A DNA stretch of 64,000 bases, from contig OY970166.1 in NCBI GenBank assembly GCA_963706595.1, forward strand, positions 3,840,001 through 3,904,000, in the 5' to 3' direction. The notes beneath the pieces were generated by a model. The model was not told the DNA's origin. It saw only the letters and a program-made list of their open reading frames with translations, and did no database searches. Source of the DNA: an uncultured cyanobacterium (GTDB lineage Bacteria > Cyanobacteriota > Cyanobacteriia > Cyanobacteriales > Nostocaceae). Below, in pieces: positions 37,513 to 47,905 of the stretch. The position numbers and the translations under genes are program-made. Each line of letters begins with the position of its first letter. Within the stretch, counting starts at the first letter, position 1.

Positions 37513-40050
37513 ATGGCAAATAATGAGGCTACCGCCAGAATTAAGATTAATAAGTTACTTGAGGCGGCTGGCTGGCGTTTTTTTGAGGAAGGGGGACAAG
37601 CAGCGAATATATGTCTTGAGCCTAATGTGCAGCTTGGATCGTCAGATTTAGATGAGTTCGGTGAGAACTTTGAAAAAACGAAAAAAGGTTTTATTGATTT
37701 TTTGTTGCTGGACGATCGCGGATTTCCGTTTATTGTACTGGAAGCTAAGGCGGCGGGGATTCACCCTTTATTTGGTAAGGAGCAAGCACGGGATTATGCC
37801 AAGTCTCAGAATTGCCGTTTTGTGATTTTGTCTAATGGAGATTTGCATTATTTCTGGGATTTAGAGCGGGGTAATCCCGACGTTATTACAAATTTTCCTA
37901 CGCCTAACTCGGTGATGGTTTATCAGAAAATAATTCCAGAGCCTCAGCGTCTTGTGGATGAGGCGATCGCACATAACTATGTAGTGCTGACCCAGCTACC
38001 AGACTATCAAGATCAAGCAGGGTGGAAGAATCAGGCAGAGCGACCAAATTTTATTGAAACAAATAAACTGCGATTTTTAAGACCTTATCAAAGGAATGCA
38101 ATTCAGGCTTTGCAAGGGGCGGTTAGTCAGGGAAAAGAGCGATTTTTGTTTCAGATGGCCACGGGGACGGGAAAAACTCTGACTTCGGCGGCGGTGATTA
38201 AGTTATTTTTGCGGACTGGAAATGCTCAACGTGTTTTATTTTTGGTCGATCGCCTTGAGCTTGAGGATCAGGCAAAAAAGGCTTTTGATTTGTTGCTGAA
38301 AAATGACTATAAGACCATAATTTATAAGGATAATCGGGATGATTGGCGACGTGCCGATATTGTCGTGACTACGGTGCAGTCATTACTGGTAAATAACAAG
38401 TATCGCGATCGCTTTTCACCGACTGATTTTGATTTGGTAATTTCCGATGAAGCACACCGATCAATAGGTGGTAACTCACGGGCAGTTTTTGAGTATTTTA
38501 TTGGGTACAAGTTAGGACTGACAGCAACACCTCGCGACTATCTCAAGCAGTTTTACAAGACAAAGCCCACGACTAATGATCCGCGAGAATATGAGCGGCG
38601 GATGATGTTGGATACTTATCGCATTTTTGGCTGTGGGGATAGTTTACCAACGTTTTCCTATGGGTTAAATGACGGGGTGAAGGATGGCTTTTTGATTCAT
38701 CCGACCGTGGTAGATGCCAGAAGTAAGGTAACTACAAAGCTTTTGTCTAAGGATGGTTTTATTGTTGAGTTTAAAGATGACGATGGGGGCGATCGCCAAG
38801 AAACTTTTAAACAGCGTCAATTCGAGAAACGATTTTTTGCTGAAGGGACAAATCAGCTTTTTTGCAAGATTTTTCTAGAGAATGCTTTGCGCGATCCGAT
38901 TAGTGGCGAAATTGGCAAATCGATCATTTTTGCAGTCAGTCAAAACCATGCAGTCAAACTGGTGCAAATTCTGAATGACATGGCGGATCGGATGTTTCCG
39001 AATAAGTATCAATCGGATTTTGCCGTACAGGTGACATCAGGAGTTAAGGACGCGCAGCAGTTTACGAACAATTTCAACCATCTGAGTAACAATTTGCTTG
39101 GTTCTGCCAATTTCTTGCCAACCTACAGAACTAGCAAAGCTCGTGTTTGTGTCACCGTTGGCATGATGACCACTGGTTATGATTGTGCAGACTTGCTCAA
39201 TCTTGGTTTATTCCGTCCGATCTTTTCACCGACTGATTTTATTCAGATTAAAGGGCGGGGGACTCGCAAGCATAATTTTTTGGAACAGTTGTTTGATGAT
39301 GATATTAAGGACGGAGTTAAACAACCGCACAAGACCGCTTATAAACTGTTTGATTTTTTTGCAAATTGTGAATATTTTGATCAAGAGTTTAAATATGATC
39401 AGGTGTTAGCACTACCTCAGCCGAAAAGTGAGGGTAATGGCGATAATGGCGGCGATGGGACAAAGGGGATTGCAACCTATGAACATTTAGGGGCGGATAT
39501 TCTGGAGAGTATTAAGGAGGAGAGGATCGGCTTTGAGGGAATGAAGATTGATCGCTTGTATTATGAAAAATTTGAGGAGAAGATCCGCGAGAATCGGGTG
39601 ATTGCTGAGGCAGTTGAAGCGGGGAAATGGGATCTGGTGATTGATTATATTAATCGTCAAATATTTGACGATCCTGAGCAATTTTATACGTTGGACAAGT
39701 TACGGAAAGCGGCGGCGGTTGATCGCCGTTTGAGTTTGCGAGAGATATTAGAAAAAATCTTTGGTTTAATTCCGCGCTTTAAGTCAAAGGATGAGTTACT
39801 AGAAGAGGAGTTTTCTAATTTTGTGGCTGCATATCAGCCAGAGGAGGCAATTCCTGAGATTAAGAATTACTTTAAGGCTTATGTCACTAATAGTCAGATT
39901 CGGCAAATTATTGAAACTAAAAAATACCAAGAGTTAGCGACAAATCCGGTTTTGTCGATGGATAATTTTAAGGCTGTGCCTAAGTCTTACCGCGATTTGA
40001 TTCCAGATTACGTTAAAAATTATATAGAGTTAGATCGGTTTGTTGCGTGA
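37513..40050 (+). CDS. hsdR: Type I restriction enzyme R subunit (SF2 helicase plus nuclease)
   Basis: Nuclease IDF...VLEAK and QARDY; helicase ATGTGKT, DEAH, TATP, MTTGYD and QIKGRGTR. Confidence 0.9.
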   Translation: MANNEATARIKINKLLEAAGWRFFEEGGQAANICLEPNVQLGSSDLDEFGENFEKTKKGFIDFLLLDDRGFPFIVLEAKAAGIHPLFGKEQARDYAKSQNCRFVILSNGDLHYFWDLERGNPDVITNFPTPNSVMVYQKIIPEPQRLVDEAIAHNYVVLTQLPDYQDQAGWKNQAERPNFIETNKLRFLRPYQRNAIQALQGAVSQGKERFLFQMATGTGKTLTSAAVIKLFLRTGNAQRVLFLVDRLELEDQAKKAFDLLLKNDYKTIIYKDNRDDWRRADIVVTTVQSLLVNNKYRDRFSPTDFDLVISDEAHRSIGGNSRAVFEYFIGYKLGLTATPRDYLKQFYKTKPTTNDPREYERRMMLDTYRIFGCGDSLPTFSYGLNDGVKDGFLIHPTVVDARSKVTTKLLSKDGFIVEFKDDDGGDRQETFKQRQFEKRFFAEGTNQLFCKIFLENALRDPISGEIGKSIIFAVSQNHAVKLVQILNDMADRMFPNKYQSDFAVQVTSGVKDAQQFTNNFNHLSNNLLGSANFLPTYRTSKARVCVTVGMMTTGYDCADLLNLGLFRPIFSPTDFIQIKGRGTRKHNFLEQLFDDDIKDGVKQPHKTAYKLFDFFANCEYFDQEFKYDQVLALPQPKSEGNGDNGGDGTKGIATYEHLGADILESIKEERIGFEGMKIDRLYYEKFEEKIRENRVIAEAVEAGKWDLVIDYINRQIFDDPEQFYTLDKLRKAAAVDRRLSLREILEKIFGLIPRFKSKDELLEEEFSNFVAAYQPEEAIPEIKNYFKAYVTNSQIRQIIETKKYQELATNPVLSMDNFKAVPKSYRDLIPDYVKNYIELDRFVA

Positions 40051-40067
40051 CAAGGCTAAAACAGTTT

Positions 40068-40395
40068 AGTAGTGGCGTGACAAGCTTAAAATGTTGCAAA
40101 AAATTGTAGTAGGGGTTGACGTTAGGAAACCCAACATCATTGGTAGCGTTGGGTTTCGTTCCTCTACCCAACCTACTTCTAATGCACTATTTTAGGCTTG
40201 TCATTCCAGTAGGGTGCGTTAGGATGAAATCCGTAGCGCACCGTTATTAAGGCTTTGGTGCGTTACGCTACCGCTAACACACCCTACTGGCGTGGCAAGC
40301 TTAAAATAGTGCATTAGGTAAAAGCAGACAACATTGATTTATCTCAATTTTCTCAAAAATCTATTGCAACATTTTAGCCTTGCCACGCTACTACT
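40068..40395. repeat. Nested inverted MITE-like array between hsdR and hsdMS
   Basis: Outer IR 40068-40099/40364-40395 (28/32 match); inner IR 40179-40222/40274-40317 (39/44 match). Confidence 0.85.
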
Positions 40396-40422
40396 GTTCA
40401 ATAATCAAATAGTAGTTGGATA

Positions 40423-40629
40423 TCAAGAGATGTTTACCAGATCGTCAGGATCGCCAATGTATACTTCTGGATGAGGAACAAGTTTTTCAAGTTTATTTTT
40501 TTTCGGTGCTGGCAAAATTTGGAAGCGTTGGCCTTTCCAGTCAAACTCAAGGCGATCGCCTGTAACCGCAATTTCTGCTAGTAGAGTTTCTAGGTCTTCA
40601 GGTAATTTATCGATGGTGATGGGTTTCAT
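40423..40629 (-). CDS. Phd/YefM-like type II antitoxin (orphan)
   Basis: 68 aa; the LLAEIAVTG...KG...I...KLEKL.PHP...GDPDDLV pattern resembles antitoxins normally paired with PIN toxins. Confidence 0.55.
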   Translation of the reverse strand: MKPITIDKLPEDLETLLAEIAVTGDRLEFDWKGQRFQILPAPKKNKLEKLVPHPEVYIGDPDDLVNIS

Positions 40630-40743
40630 TTTTTAAATTACGAGTTGGGTTAAGCCGGGTTCAATTTTTTTGAGAAGTGAGCCTAGAATTAGACTCTATA
40701 ATAGCATTCACCTAAAATATCAATTCATACATAATTCAAAAAA

Positions 40744-43263
40744 ATGCTCGACACTGAAACCAAACGCCGCATCGATACCGCCCGTGACATTCTTGTGGGG
40801 AAGGTTCCCGATCCTAAGTCTCAGGTAGAGCAGATCACGATCGCACTCATCTACAAGTTCATGGATGATATGGACGCTGAGGTGGAGGAGTTAGGCGGCG
40901 ATCGCACTTTTTTCGCGGACTCATTTGCCAAGTTTGGCTGGTCGATGTTGATGAATCCGAGGGTGGGCGGTCATGAGTTGCTAAGTCTCTACAGTGAGGG
41001 CATTAGCACAATGCCGCAAAATGAGGGGATTCCTGCGTTATTTCGGGACATTTTCAAAAATGCTTATTTGCCCTATCGCGATCCTGAGACGCTGAAAAGT
41101 TTTCTGAAGGTGATCGATGAGTTTAAATACGATCATTCCGAGCGGTTGGGGGATGCGTTTGAATATTTGCTCTCTGTGTTGGGTTCCCAGGGGGATGCGG
41201 GACAGTTTCGCACACCGCGCCATATTATCGATTTTATTGTGGAGATTATTCAGCCGAAAAAGGGTGAGGTGATTCTCGATCCGGCTTGTGGTACGGCGGG
41301 TTTTTTGATTTCCGCATACAAGCATATTTTGCGGTCAAATCTGGATGGTCAGGGCAATAGTACCCTTACGCCCGATGAGAAGGGACGGATGGCGACAAAT
41401 TTTAAGGGTTATGATATTTCGCCCGATATGGTGCGGTTGTCGTTGGTAAATCTCTATTTGCATGGGTTTAAAAGTCCGCAAATTGCCGAGTATGATACGC
41501 TGACATCTGAGGATAAGTGGAATGAGTTTGCAGATGTGATTCTTGCCAATCCGCCGTTTATGTCTCCGAAGGGTGGGATTAAGCCTCATAAACGTTTTTC
41601 GATTAAGGCCAAACGGAGTGAGGTGCTTTTTGTTGATTACATGGCGGAACATCTGTCGCCTAATGGTCGGGCGGGGATTATTGTCCCTGAAGGTATCATT
41701 TTTCAGAGTCAGACGGCGTATAAAAGTTTGCGAAAGATGCTGGTAGAAAGCTCGCTGGTAGCGGTGGTTTCGCTACCTGCGGGGGTGTTTAATCCCTATT
41801 CGGGTGTGAAGACTTCGATTTTGATTTTGGATAAGTCTTTGGCGAAAAAGTCTGATACGGTGGCGTTTTTTAAAGTAGAAAATGATGGTTTTGGTTTGGG
41901 CGCACAACGGCGAGAGGTTTCTGGGGAACAGCTTACACAGGTAAAAATCGAGTTAGCGGAATATCTGCAAGCTGTTCGCAATCAAGTATCGACTGATAAT
42001 ATTTTGTTTACTCATGGGTTGATTGTTCCTAAAGTAAAGATTGCTGCTAATGGTGACTATAACTTTAGTGGGGAGAGGTATCGGGAAGGTGTATTAACTA
42101 ATCATATTTTCCCTTTAGTTAAAATTGGTGATATTTGCACAATCAACCCACGCAAAAGCCAATTAGCTGACCTTAGCCCTGATACTCGCGTTTCATTTGT
42201 ACCAATGGCGGATATTAACGAGCATCAAATGGAATTTAAACCTGTGGCAGAGAAATTACTCTCAGAGGTGACATCAAGCTATACATATTTTGAAGACAAT
42301 GATGTTCTCTTTGCTAAAGTTACACCTTGCTTTGAGAATGGTAAAGCTGGTATTGCAAAAGGACTTCTTAATGGAATTGGATTTGGCTCTAGTGAGTTTT
42401 ATGTACTGCGAAGTTCAGATCAAGTGCTTCCTGAGTTTATCTATTTTTGTATAAATCATCCATTGTTTAGAGATGCCGCAGTTGCTCAAATGACAGGTAC
42501 AGGAGGTTTACAGCGTGTACCAAGAGACTATGTAGAAAATTCTAAAATACCTCTACCCCCGATCGCAATTCAGCAAGAAATCGTAGCAGAGATCGAAAGT
42601 TACCAAAAAGTCATCAACGGCGCTCGTGCAGTCATCGACAACTACCGTCCTCATATTGCGATCGATCCTGATTGGGAAATGGTTAAATTGGGTGAAATTT
42701 CAGAAAAAATTCAATATGGTTTATCCTCCCCACTTAATACAGAAGGATCAGGATTTAAAACATTTCGTATGAATGAGCTTGTTGAAGGGAAGTGTATTGA
42801 TCGTGGTGATATGAAATGTTCTGAAATTTATCGCGATGAGTTTGATAAATATAGACTAACTCGTGGCAATCTTCTTTTTAATCGCACTAATAGTTTTGAA
42901 CACGTTGGTCGTACTGGAATATTTGATTTAGACGGTGAATATTGTTTTGCTTCCTACTTGATAAGACTCATAATTGATGAAAGCAAAGCTAATCCATTTT
43001 TTGTTAATGCCTTTATGAACTCTGAAAACTTTCAACAAGGCATCAAACAATTCGCCAGCCGTGCCATTGGTCAATCAAACATCAATGCAAAATCTCTCGC
43101 AAATTATGCAATCCCTCTTCCATCTCTCGAAACTCAACAGGCTATAGTCGCAGAAATAGAAGCCGAGCAAACCCTTGTTAACGCCAACCGCGAACTAATC
43201 ACCCGCTTTGAGAAAAAGATCCAAAACACCCTTAACCGTATCTGGGGAGAACAAAAGGATTAG
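40744..43263 (+). CDS. hsdM: Type I R-M N6-adenine methyltransferase fused to specificity subunit (HsdM-HsdS)
   Basis: GQFRTP, DPACGTAGF and NPPF motifs, followed by two TRDs each ending IPLP..Q..IVAEIE. Confidence 0.9.
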   Translation: MLDTETKRRIDTARDILVGKVPDPKSQVEQITIALIYKFMDDMDAEVEELGGDRTFFADSFAKFGWSMLMNPRVGGHELLSLYSEGISTMPQNEGIPALFRDIFKNAYLPYRDPETLKSFLKVIDEFKYDHSERLGDAFEYLLSVLGSQGDAGQFRTPRHIIDFIVEIIQPKKGEVILDPACGTAGFLISAYKHILRSNLDGQGNSTLTPDEKGRMATNFKGYDISPDMVRLSLVNLYLHGFKSPQIAEYDTLTSEDKWNEFADVILANPPFMSPKGGIKPHKRFSIKAKRSEVLFVDYMAEHLSPNGRAGIIVPEGIIFQSQTAYKSLRKMLVESSLVAVVSLPAGVFNPYSGVKTSILILDKSLAKKSDTVAFFKVENDGFGLGAQRREVSGEQLTQVKIELAEYLQAVRNQVSTDNILFTHGLIVPKVKIAANGDYNFSGERYREGVLTNHIFPLVKIGDICTINPRKSQLADLSPDTRVSFVPMADINEHQMEFKPVAEKLLSEVTSSYTYFEDNDVLFAKVTPCFENGKAGIAKGLLNGIGFGSSEFYVLRSSDQVLPEFIYFCINHPLFRDAAVAQMTGTGGLQRVPRDYVENSKIPLPPIAIQQEIVAEIESYQKVINGARAVIDNYRPHIAIDPDWEMVKLGEISEKIQYGLSSPLNTEGSGFKTFRMNELVEGKCIDRGDMKCSEIYRDEFDKYRLTRGNLLFNRTNSFEHVGRTGIFDLDGEYCFASYLIRLIIDESKANPFFVNAFMNSENFQQGIKQFASRAIGQSNINAKSLANYAIPLPSLETQQAIVAEIEAEQTLVNANRELITRFEKKIQNTLNRIWGEQKD

Positions 43264-43450
43264 ATAAAAGTATGGATGAAGCACTGCAATTACAGCAATT
43301 TTCATATAATTAGACCACGCGCTGATATCTGTATTTCTTTCTTCCTTTGCGCCTTTGCGCCTAACGTACTTCGTACTTCGCTTCGCTGATGCGTGAGATA
43401 TAAAGATGTAGTTCATTTAGCTAAAAATCGCTGTATAGGAGAATTAACAA

Positions 43451-43882
43451 ATGGATGAATTCATGGAAGCTGCGATCGCACAAGCAAAACAAGGTAAAAA
43501 AGAAGGTGGGATACCCATCGGTTCTATTCTCGTTAAAGATGGCAAAATTCTCGGTAGAGGACATAACAAACGTGTCCAAGACAATGATCCTGTCACCCAC
43601 GCTGAAATAGATTGTCTCCGCAATGCTGGGCGAGTTGGTAGTTATAGAGGTACAACACTTTACTCTACCTTAATGCCGTGTTATTTGTGCGCTGGTGCAG
43701 TGGTGCAATTTGGGATTAAAAAAGTCATCGCCGGAGAATCGAGAACTTTTCCCGGTGCTAAAGAATTTATGGTATCTCACGGTGTGGAAGTAATTGATCT
43801 CAACCTTGATGAATGCGAACAAATGATGAGTGAATTTATTGAAACTAATCCCGAATTATGGAATGAAGATATTGGAAAGTAG
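43451..43882 (+). CDS. Cytosine/nucleoside deaminase (zinc-dependent)
   Basis: HAEIDC and PCYLC motifs; C-terminal WNEDIG. Confidence 0.9.
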   Translation: MDEFMEAAIAQAKQGKKEGGIPIGSILVKDGKILGRGHNKRVQDNDPVTHAEIDCLRNAGRVGSYRGTTLYSTLMPCYLCAGAVVQFGIKKVIAGESRTFPGAKEFMVSHGVEVIDLNLDECEQMMSEFIETNPELWNEDIGK

Positions 43883-43941
43883 TCATTAGTCATTGGTCAT
43901 TAGTCATTGGAAAGTTACATTTTCCCCCTACTCCCCACTCC

Positions 43942-44877
43942 CTACTCCCTACTCCCCACTCCCCTTTCTTCTAAGAAATAATCAAAGGTTAACTTATCGG
44001 GTAAAGAAGTTTGTGCGCCTAGTTTTGTGGCTGCTAAAGCACCGGCGGCTGAACCCCAAATAATTGCCTGATGTAAAGAAAGTCCTCTATAAAGTGCGGC
44101 TGCTAAACCACCATTGAAAGCATCCCCAGCAGCAACGGTGTCCACAGCATGAACTGGAAAAGCGGGGACAAAAAATGTTTCCTCAGCAGTGGCACAGATA
44201 GCACCTTTTGCACCCAGTTTGACGATCGCACATTTCACACCTCTTTGTAATAAAACTTTAGCTGCTTTAAGTGCTGATTCCTGATTATCTACAGGAAAAC
44301 CCACCAACTGCCCCGCTTCTACTTCATTTGGTGTAATAATATCGACTAATTGGTATAGTTCATCCGGTAAATTCCCTTGTGCGGGTGCGGGATCTAAAAT
44401 TACTTTTATATTTGCATCTTTCGCTGCTTTGGCTGCTGCTACTACCGCATCAATGGGAATTTCTAGTTGTAAAAGTAGTGCTGAAGCTGTTGGTAATAAA
44501 TGGGATAATCGCTCTATATCTTCTTGATTAACTCGTCCATTTGCACCAGGAATAACAACGATTTGATTTTCACCAGCATCATCTACGGTGATCATAGCAA
44601 CTCCAGAACTTACAGTTTCATCAATGAAGATATTATCTGTTTTTACGCCAGCAACTTGCAAATTATGGACAAGTTCTGCACCAAAACTCTGTGCGCCTAC
44701 ACGTCCCACCATGTAAGTAGGAATTTCTAATCTTGCTAATGCTACGGCTTGATTTGCTCCTTTGCCTCCTGGTATTTTGAAAAAGTCTTTTCCTAATATG
44801 GTTTCACCTGCAATTGGTAATCGGGATGTGGTCGCTACTAAGTCTATGTTGATGCTGCCGAAGACGATAATGGTCAT
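43942..44877 (-). CDS. rbsK: Ribokinase
   Basis: GSINID, GGKGANQA, PNEVEA and DTVAAGDAF motifs. Confidence 0.92.
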   Translation of the reverse strand: MTIIVFGSINIDLVATTSRLPIAGETILGKDFFKIPGGKGANQAVALARLEIPTYMVGRVGAQSFGAELVHNLQVAGVKTDNIFIDETVSSGVAMITVDDAGENQIVVIPGANGRVNQEDIERLSHLLPTASALLLQLEIPIDAVVAAAKAAKDANIKVILDPAPAQGNLPDELYQLVDIITPNEVEAGQLVGFPVDNQESALKAAKVLLQRGVKCAIVKLGAKGAICATAEETFFVPAFPVHAVDTVAAGDAFNGGLAAALYRGLSLHQAIIWGSAAGALAATKLGAQTSLPDKLTFDYFLEERGVGSRE

Positions 44878-45002
44878 GATTTGAGGATTTTATTTTTTTA
44901 ACGCAAAGTTACGCAAAGGTTAGCGCAAAGGTACGCAGAGTGTTTGTTAGGCTCTTTTGCTGATTTTTTGATATCTTGGTAGAAAAGCGGAGGATAAGTT
45001 TT

Positions 45003-45641
45003 ATGGTGATGACTGCACCCACTCATTCCCAACGCGCCATACTGCCAAACATCAGTTGGCATACCTTTGAAACCATCCTCGCAGAAATGGGGGATAATCG
45101 GGCAACACGACTGGCTTATGACCACGGAACACTGGAAATTATGACTCCTTTAATGCCCCATGAGCATAATAATAGACTGTTGGAACACTTGGTTTTTGCT
45201 TTGGCTGAGGAACTCAACCTGAATCTGAAAAGCACTGGTTCTGTAACTTGTAAGCGACAAGATTTAAGCCGTGGTGTGGAACCAGATTCGAGTTTTTACA
45301 TCCAGAATGAACCTGTGATGCGTCATAAGCAAAATCTTGATTTAAGCCAAGATCCACCACCTGATTTAGTAATTGAGGTAGACTATACCAGCGCTTCTGT
45401 TGACCGACTTCCGATATATCTGGCTTTGGGTGTACCAGAGGTTTGGCGTTATGACGAACCCGTAATGCAGATTTACCAGTTGGAAGAGGGTGTATATCTT
45501 CCTTGTGATGTTTCGCCAACTTTCGCTAATCTGCCTTTAACAACTGAAATACCCCGGTTTTTGCAAGAAAGTTTAAAAATTGGGGAAATACCGATGATTC
45601 GCTCGTTCCGTGATTGGTTAAAACAGCAAAAAGCAAATTAA
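45003..45641 (+). CDS. Uma2 family endonuclease-like protein
   Basis: EPDSSFY, PDLVIEVD and YLALGVPEVW motifs. Confidence 0.9.
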   Translation: MVMTAPTHSQRAILPNISWHTFETILAEMGDNRATRLAYDHGTLEIMTPLMPHEHNNRLLEHLVFALAEELNLNLKSTGSVTCKRQDLSRGVEPDSSFYIQNEPVMRHKQNLDLSQDPPPDLVIEVDYTSASVDRLPIYLALGVPEVWRYDEPVMQIYQLEEGVYLPCDVSPTFANLPLTTEIPRFLQESLKIGEIPMIRSFRDWLKQQKAN

Positions 45642-45828
45642 CAGGGCAGTGCAGCTATGCAGATCAGAGCTTTACGCGATCGCCTGTTCCGTCATAAATT
45701 TAAATATACTGTGAAAATTTTACGTTATGTACACTTAATTTTAAACTAATTACGCACGCTAATAATATACTGAGTACAGTCGCTAACATCATTCACCACA
45801 AAGAATTAAAGAAAGGCTGTACTAGCTC

Positions 45829-47445
45829 ATGAGTCATTCCCCAATCTTTAGAAAATTAGCACATACAATTCGTGTTGTTCGTTATTGTCAAAAACACAAT
45901 ATCTCGACTAGCGAAGGGTGGGAACGAATTTCTGCTATTGAAGAAATAATGTCAGTTCGCAAAACCAAACGGCGGGAGTTTCTGGCAGATTTGGGGAAAC
46001 TGACTTTATTGGGTGGAAGCATTGGTGTAGGGTCTGGCTATTTTCACCGTACTTTAGCTGCACCCCCTGTAGATGCAAAAATAGCAATTGTCGGGACTGG
46101 TTTGGCTGGACTTGCTTGTGGTTACGAACTCCAGCAGAAAGGAATTAAGGCGACTCTCTACGAAGCCAGTGAACGAACCGGGGGACGTTGCTATTCCCTT
46201 GCTGGTGTGTTTCCTGGCCAAGTTGCAGAACGAGGTGGAGAGTTTATTGATAACTTACACAAGACAATGCTGGGATATGTCAAGGAGTTTAAGCTACAAC
46301 TAGAAGATTTATCGAAAGAACCAGGGGAAATATTTTATTACTTTAATAATCAACGTTATTCAGAGTCAGCAGTAGTTGATGAATTTCGCAGTTTTGTTGA
46401 TGTCATGAGAAATGACTTAAGGCAACTCAAACAGCCAACTGCTAACAATTTTACTGAAGCTGAAAGAATTTTAGATTTTACTAATCTCCAAGATTATCTC
46501 AGTAGTCGCGGTGCTGGGAATCTGATTAAAAATGTCCTGAACTCTGCCTATATTGGTGAATATGGTAGAGAATTAGACGAGCAAAGCTGTATAAATTTAC
46601 TGCTATTTATTCATGCGGATAAGCGCTCAAAATTTAGACCATTTGGCGTGTTTAGTGATGAGCGTTATCATGTAATTGGCGGGAATCAGCAGATTGTTGA
46701 AGGTTTAACAAATCGGCTATCAGGACAAATCAAATATGCTCAAAAGCTGACTGCGGCAAGGAAAGATGCCGCAGGTAAAATTGAATTGATTTTTAATAAT
46801 AGTTCCAGTGAGAAATTTGATGCTGTTGTATTTGCTGTTCCTTTTTCAACTTTAAGAGAAGTGGATTTACAAGGACTACAACTTCCTCAATGGAAAATTG
46901 CAGCTATTAATAATTTAGTTTACGGAACCAATTCAAAACTGATGGTGGGCTTTAATAGCCGTCCTTGGTCTACCTTGGGAAGTAATGGTTCTACTTACGC
47001 TAATTTACCTTTTATTCAAGGCACTTGGGAAACTAATCCTAGCAAAGCTACTAATAATCAGGCTGTGTTGACAAATTACACTGGGGGAAATTTAGGCGCA
47101 GGACTCAACCCTACAAATATCCGCACAGAAACTGCTAATTTCCTCAAAGACCTGAATTTCATCTTTCCTGGGGCAGAAAATTCGGCAGTCCGAATTAATG
47201 GTAATCAGTATTTAGCACATTCCGAAAATTGGTTATTGAATCCACTCAATAAAGGCAGTTACACCTGCAACCAACCGGGATATTTTACAACCATTGCCGG
47301 GAATGAAGGCACGCCAGTAGATAATTTGTATTTTGCAGGTGAACACACTAATTCATTTTATGAGTGGCAAGGTTTTATGGAAGGTGCTGCTAATTCAGGA
47401 ATTAATGCCGCCAAGCAAATTATTCGGGATTCTCGGCGTAAATAA
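45829..47445 (+). CDS. Flavin monoamine oxidase family protein with Tat-like motif
   Basis: KRREFL; FAD-binding VGTGLAGL and GGR; FAGEH...GFMEGA. Confidence 0.88.
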   Translation: MSHSPIFRKLAHTIRVVRYCQKHNISTSEGWERISAIEEIMSVRKTKRREFLADLGKLTLLGGSIGVGSGYFHRTLAAPPVDAKIAIVGTGLAGLACGYELQQKGIKATLYEASERTGGRCYSLAGVFPGQVAERGGEFIDNLHKTMLGYVKEFKLQLEDLSKEPGEIFYYFNNQRYSESAVVDEFRSFVDVMRNDLRQLKQPTANNFTEAERILDFTNLQDYLSSRGAGNLIKNVLNSAYIGEYGRELDEQSCINLLLFIHADKRSKFRPFGVFSDERYHVIGGNQQIVEGLTNRLSGQIKYAQKLTAARKDAAGKIELIFNNSSSEKFDAVVFAVPFSTLREVDLQGLQLPQWKIAAINNLVYGTNSKLMVGFNSRPWSTLGSNGSTYANLPFIQGTWETNPSKATNNQAVLTNYTGGNLGAGLNPTNIRTETANFLKDLNFIFPGAENSAVRINGNQYLAHSENWLLNPLNKGSYTCNQPGYFTTIAGNEGTPVDNLYFAGEHTNSFYEWQGFMEGAANSGINAAKQIIRDSRRK

Positions 47446-47513
47446 AGTTAGGCGATCGCGATCGCTAAAACGCTATACCATATCAATGTGCATCATACAT
47501 CAGCTTTTTTCTT

Positions 47514-47894
47514 ATGCCTAATGTTGAACGCGACGAGAATAGAGAGCATCGCATTAAAACAGAGATAATTGTCGATGCTGAAGATAAAGAAGACAGGGCA
47601 ATGGGTTGGTACTACTACCTTGACGATACTCTGAATGTGCCATTTATGGCGACGTTAAAGAAGAAATCACGCAAAACATCCCTAGTTGAGGAAAAAACAG
47701 TTGAGGTGCTGGGAATGGCACCAGATGATGAGTGTTTAAAAGATATGTATGTAGAAGTGGTTTATCCCAATGGCCAGGATGAAGATGTGTTTACTGCCAA
47801 GCTATCAGATTTAGTAGCAATTGATACTGATAATGATACTAAAGAAGCGATCGCAGATTGGCATTATTGGCTTGCTAGAGGTTATAAATTCTAA
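47514..47894 (+). CDS. ccbP: Calcium-binding protein CcbP
   Basis: 126 aa; REHRI.TEIIVDAEDKEDRAMGWYYYL...WLARGYKF matches Anabaena CcbP as I recall it. Confidence 0.93.
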   Translation: MPNVERDENREHRIKTEIIVDAEDKEDRAMGWYYYLDDTLNVPFMATLKKKSRKTSLVEEKTVEVLGMAPDDECLKDMYVEVVYPNGQDEDVFTAKLSDLVAIDTDNDTKEAIADWHYWLARGYKF

Positions 47895-47905
47895 AAATCA
47901 GCAAT

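Noticed and set aside
40068..40395. Possible CRISPR or integron att array
   Set aside because: Repeats alternate in orientation with irregular spacing, which fits MITE ends.
47446..47513. NtcA site upstream of ccbP
   Set aside because: No GTA-N8-TAC match in the short spacer.
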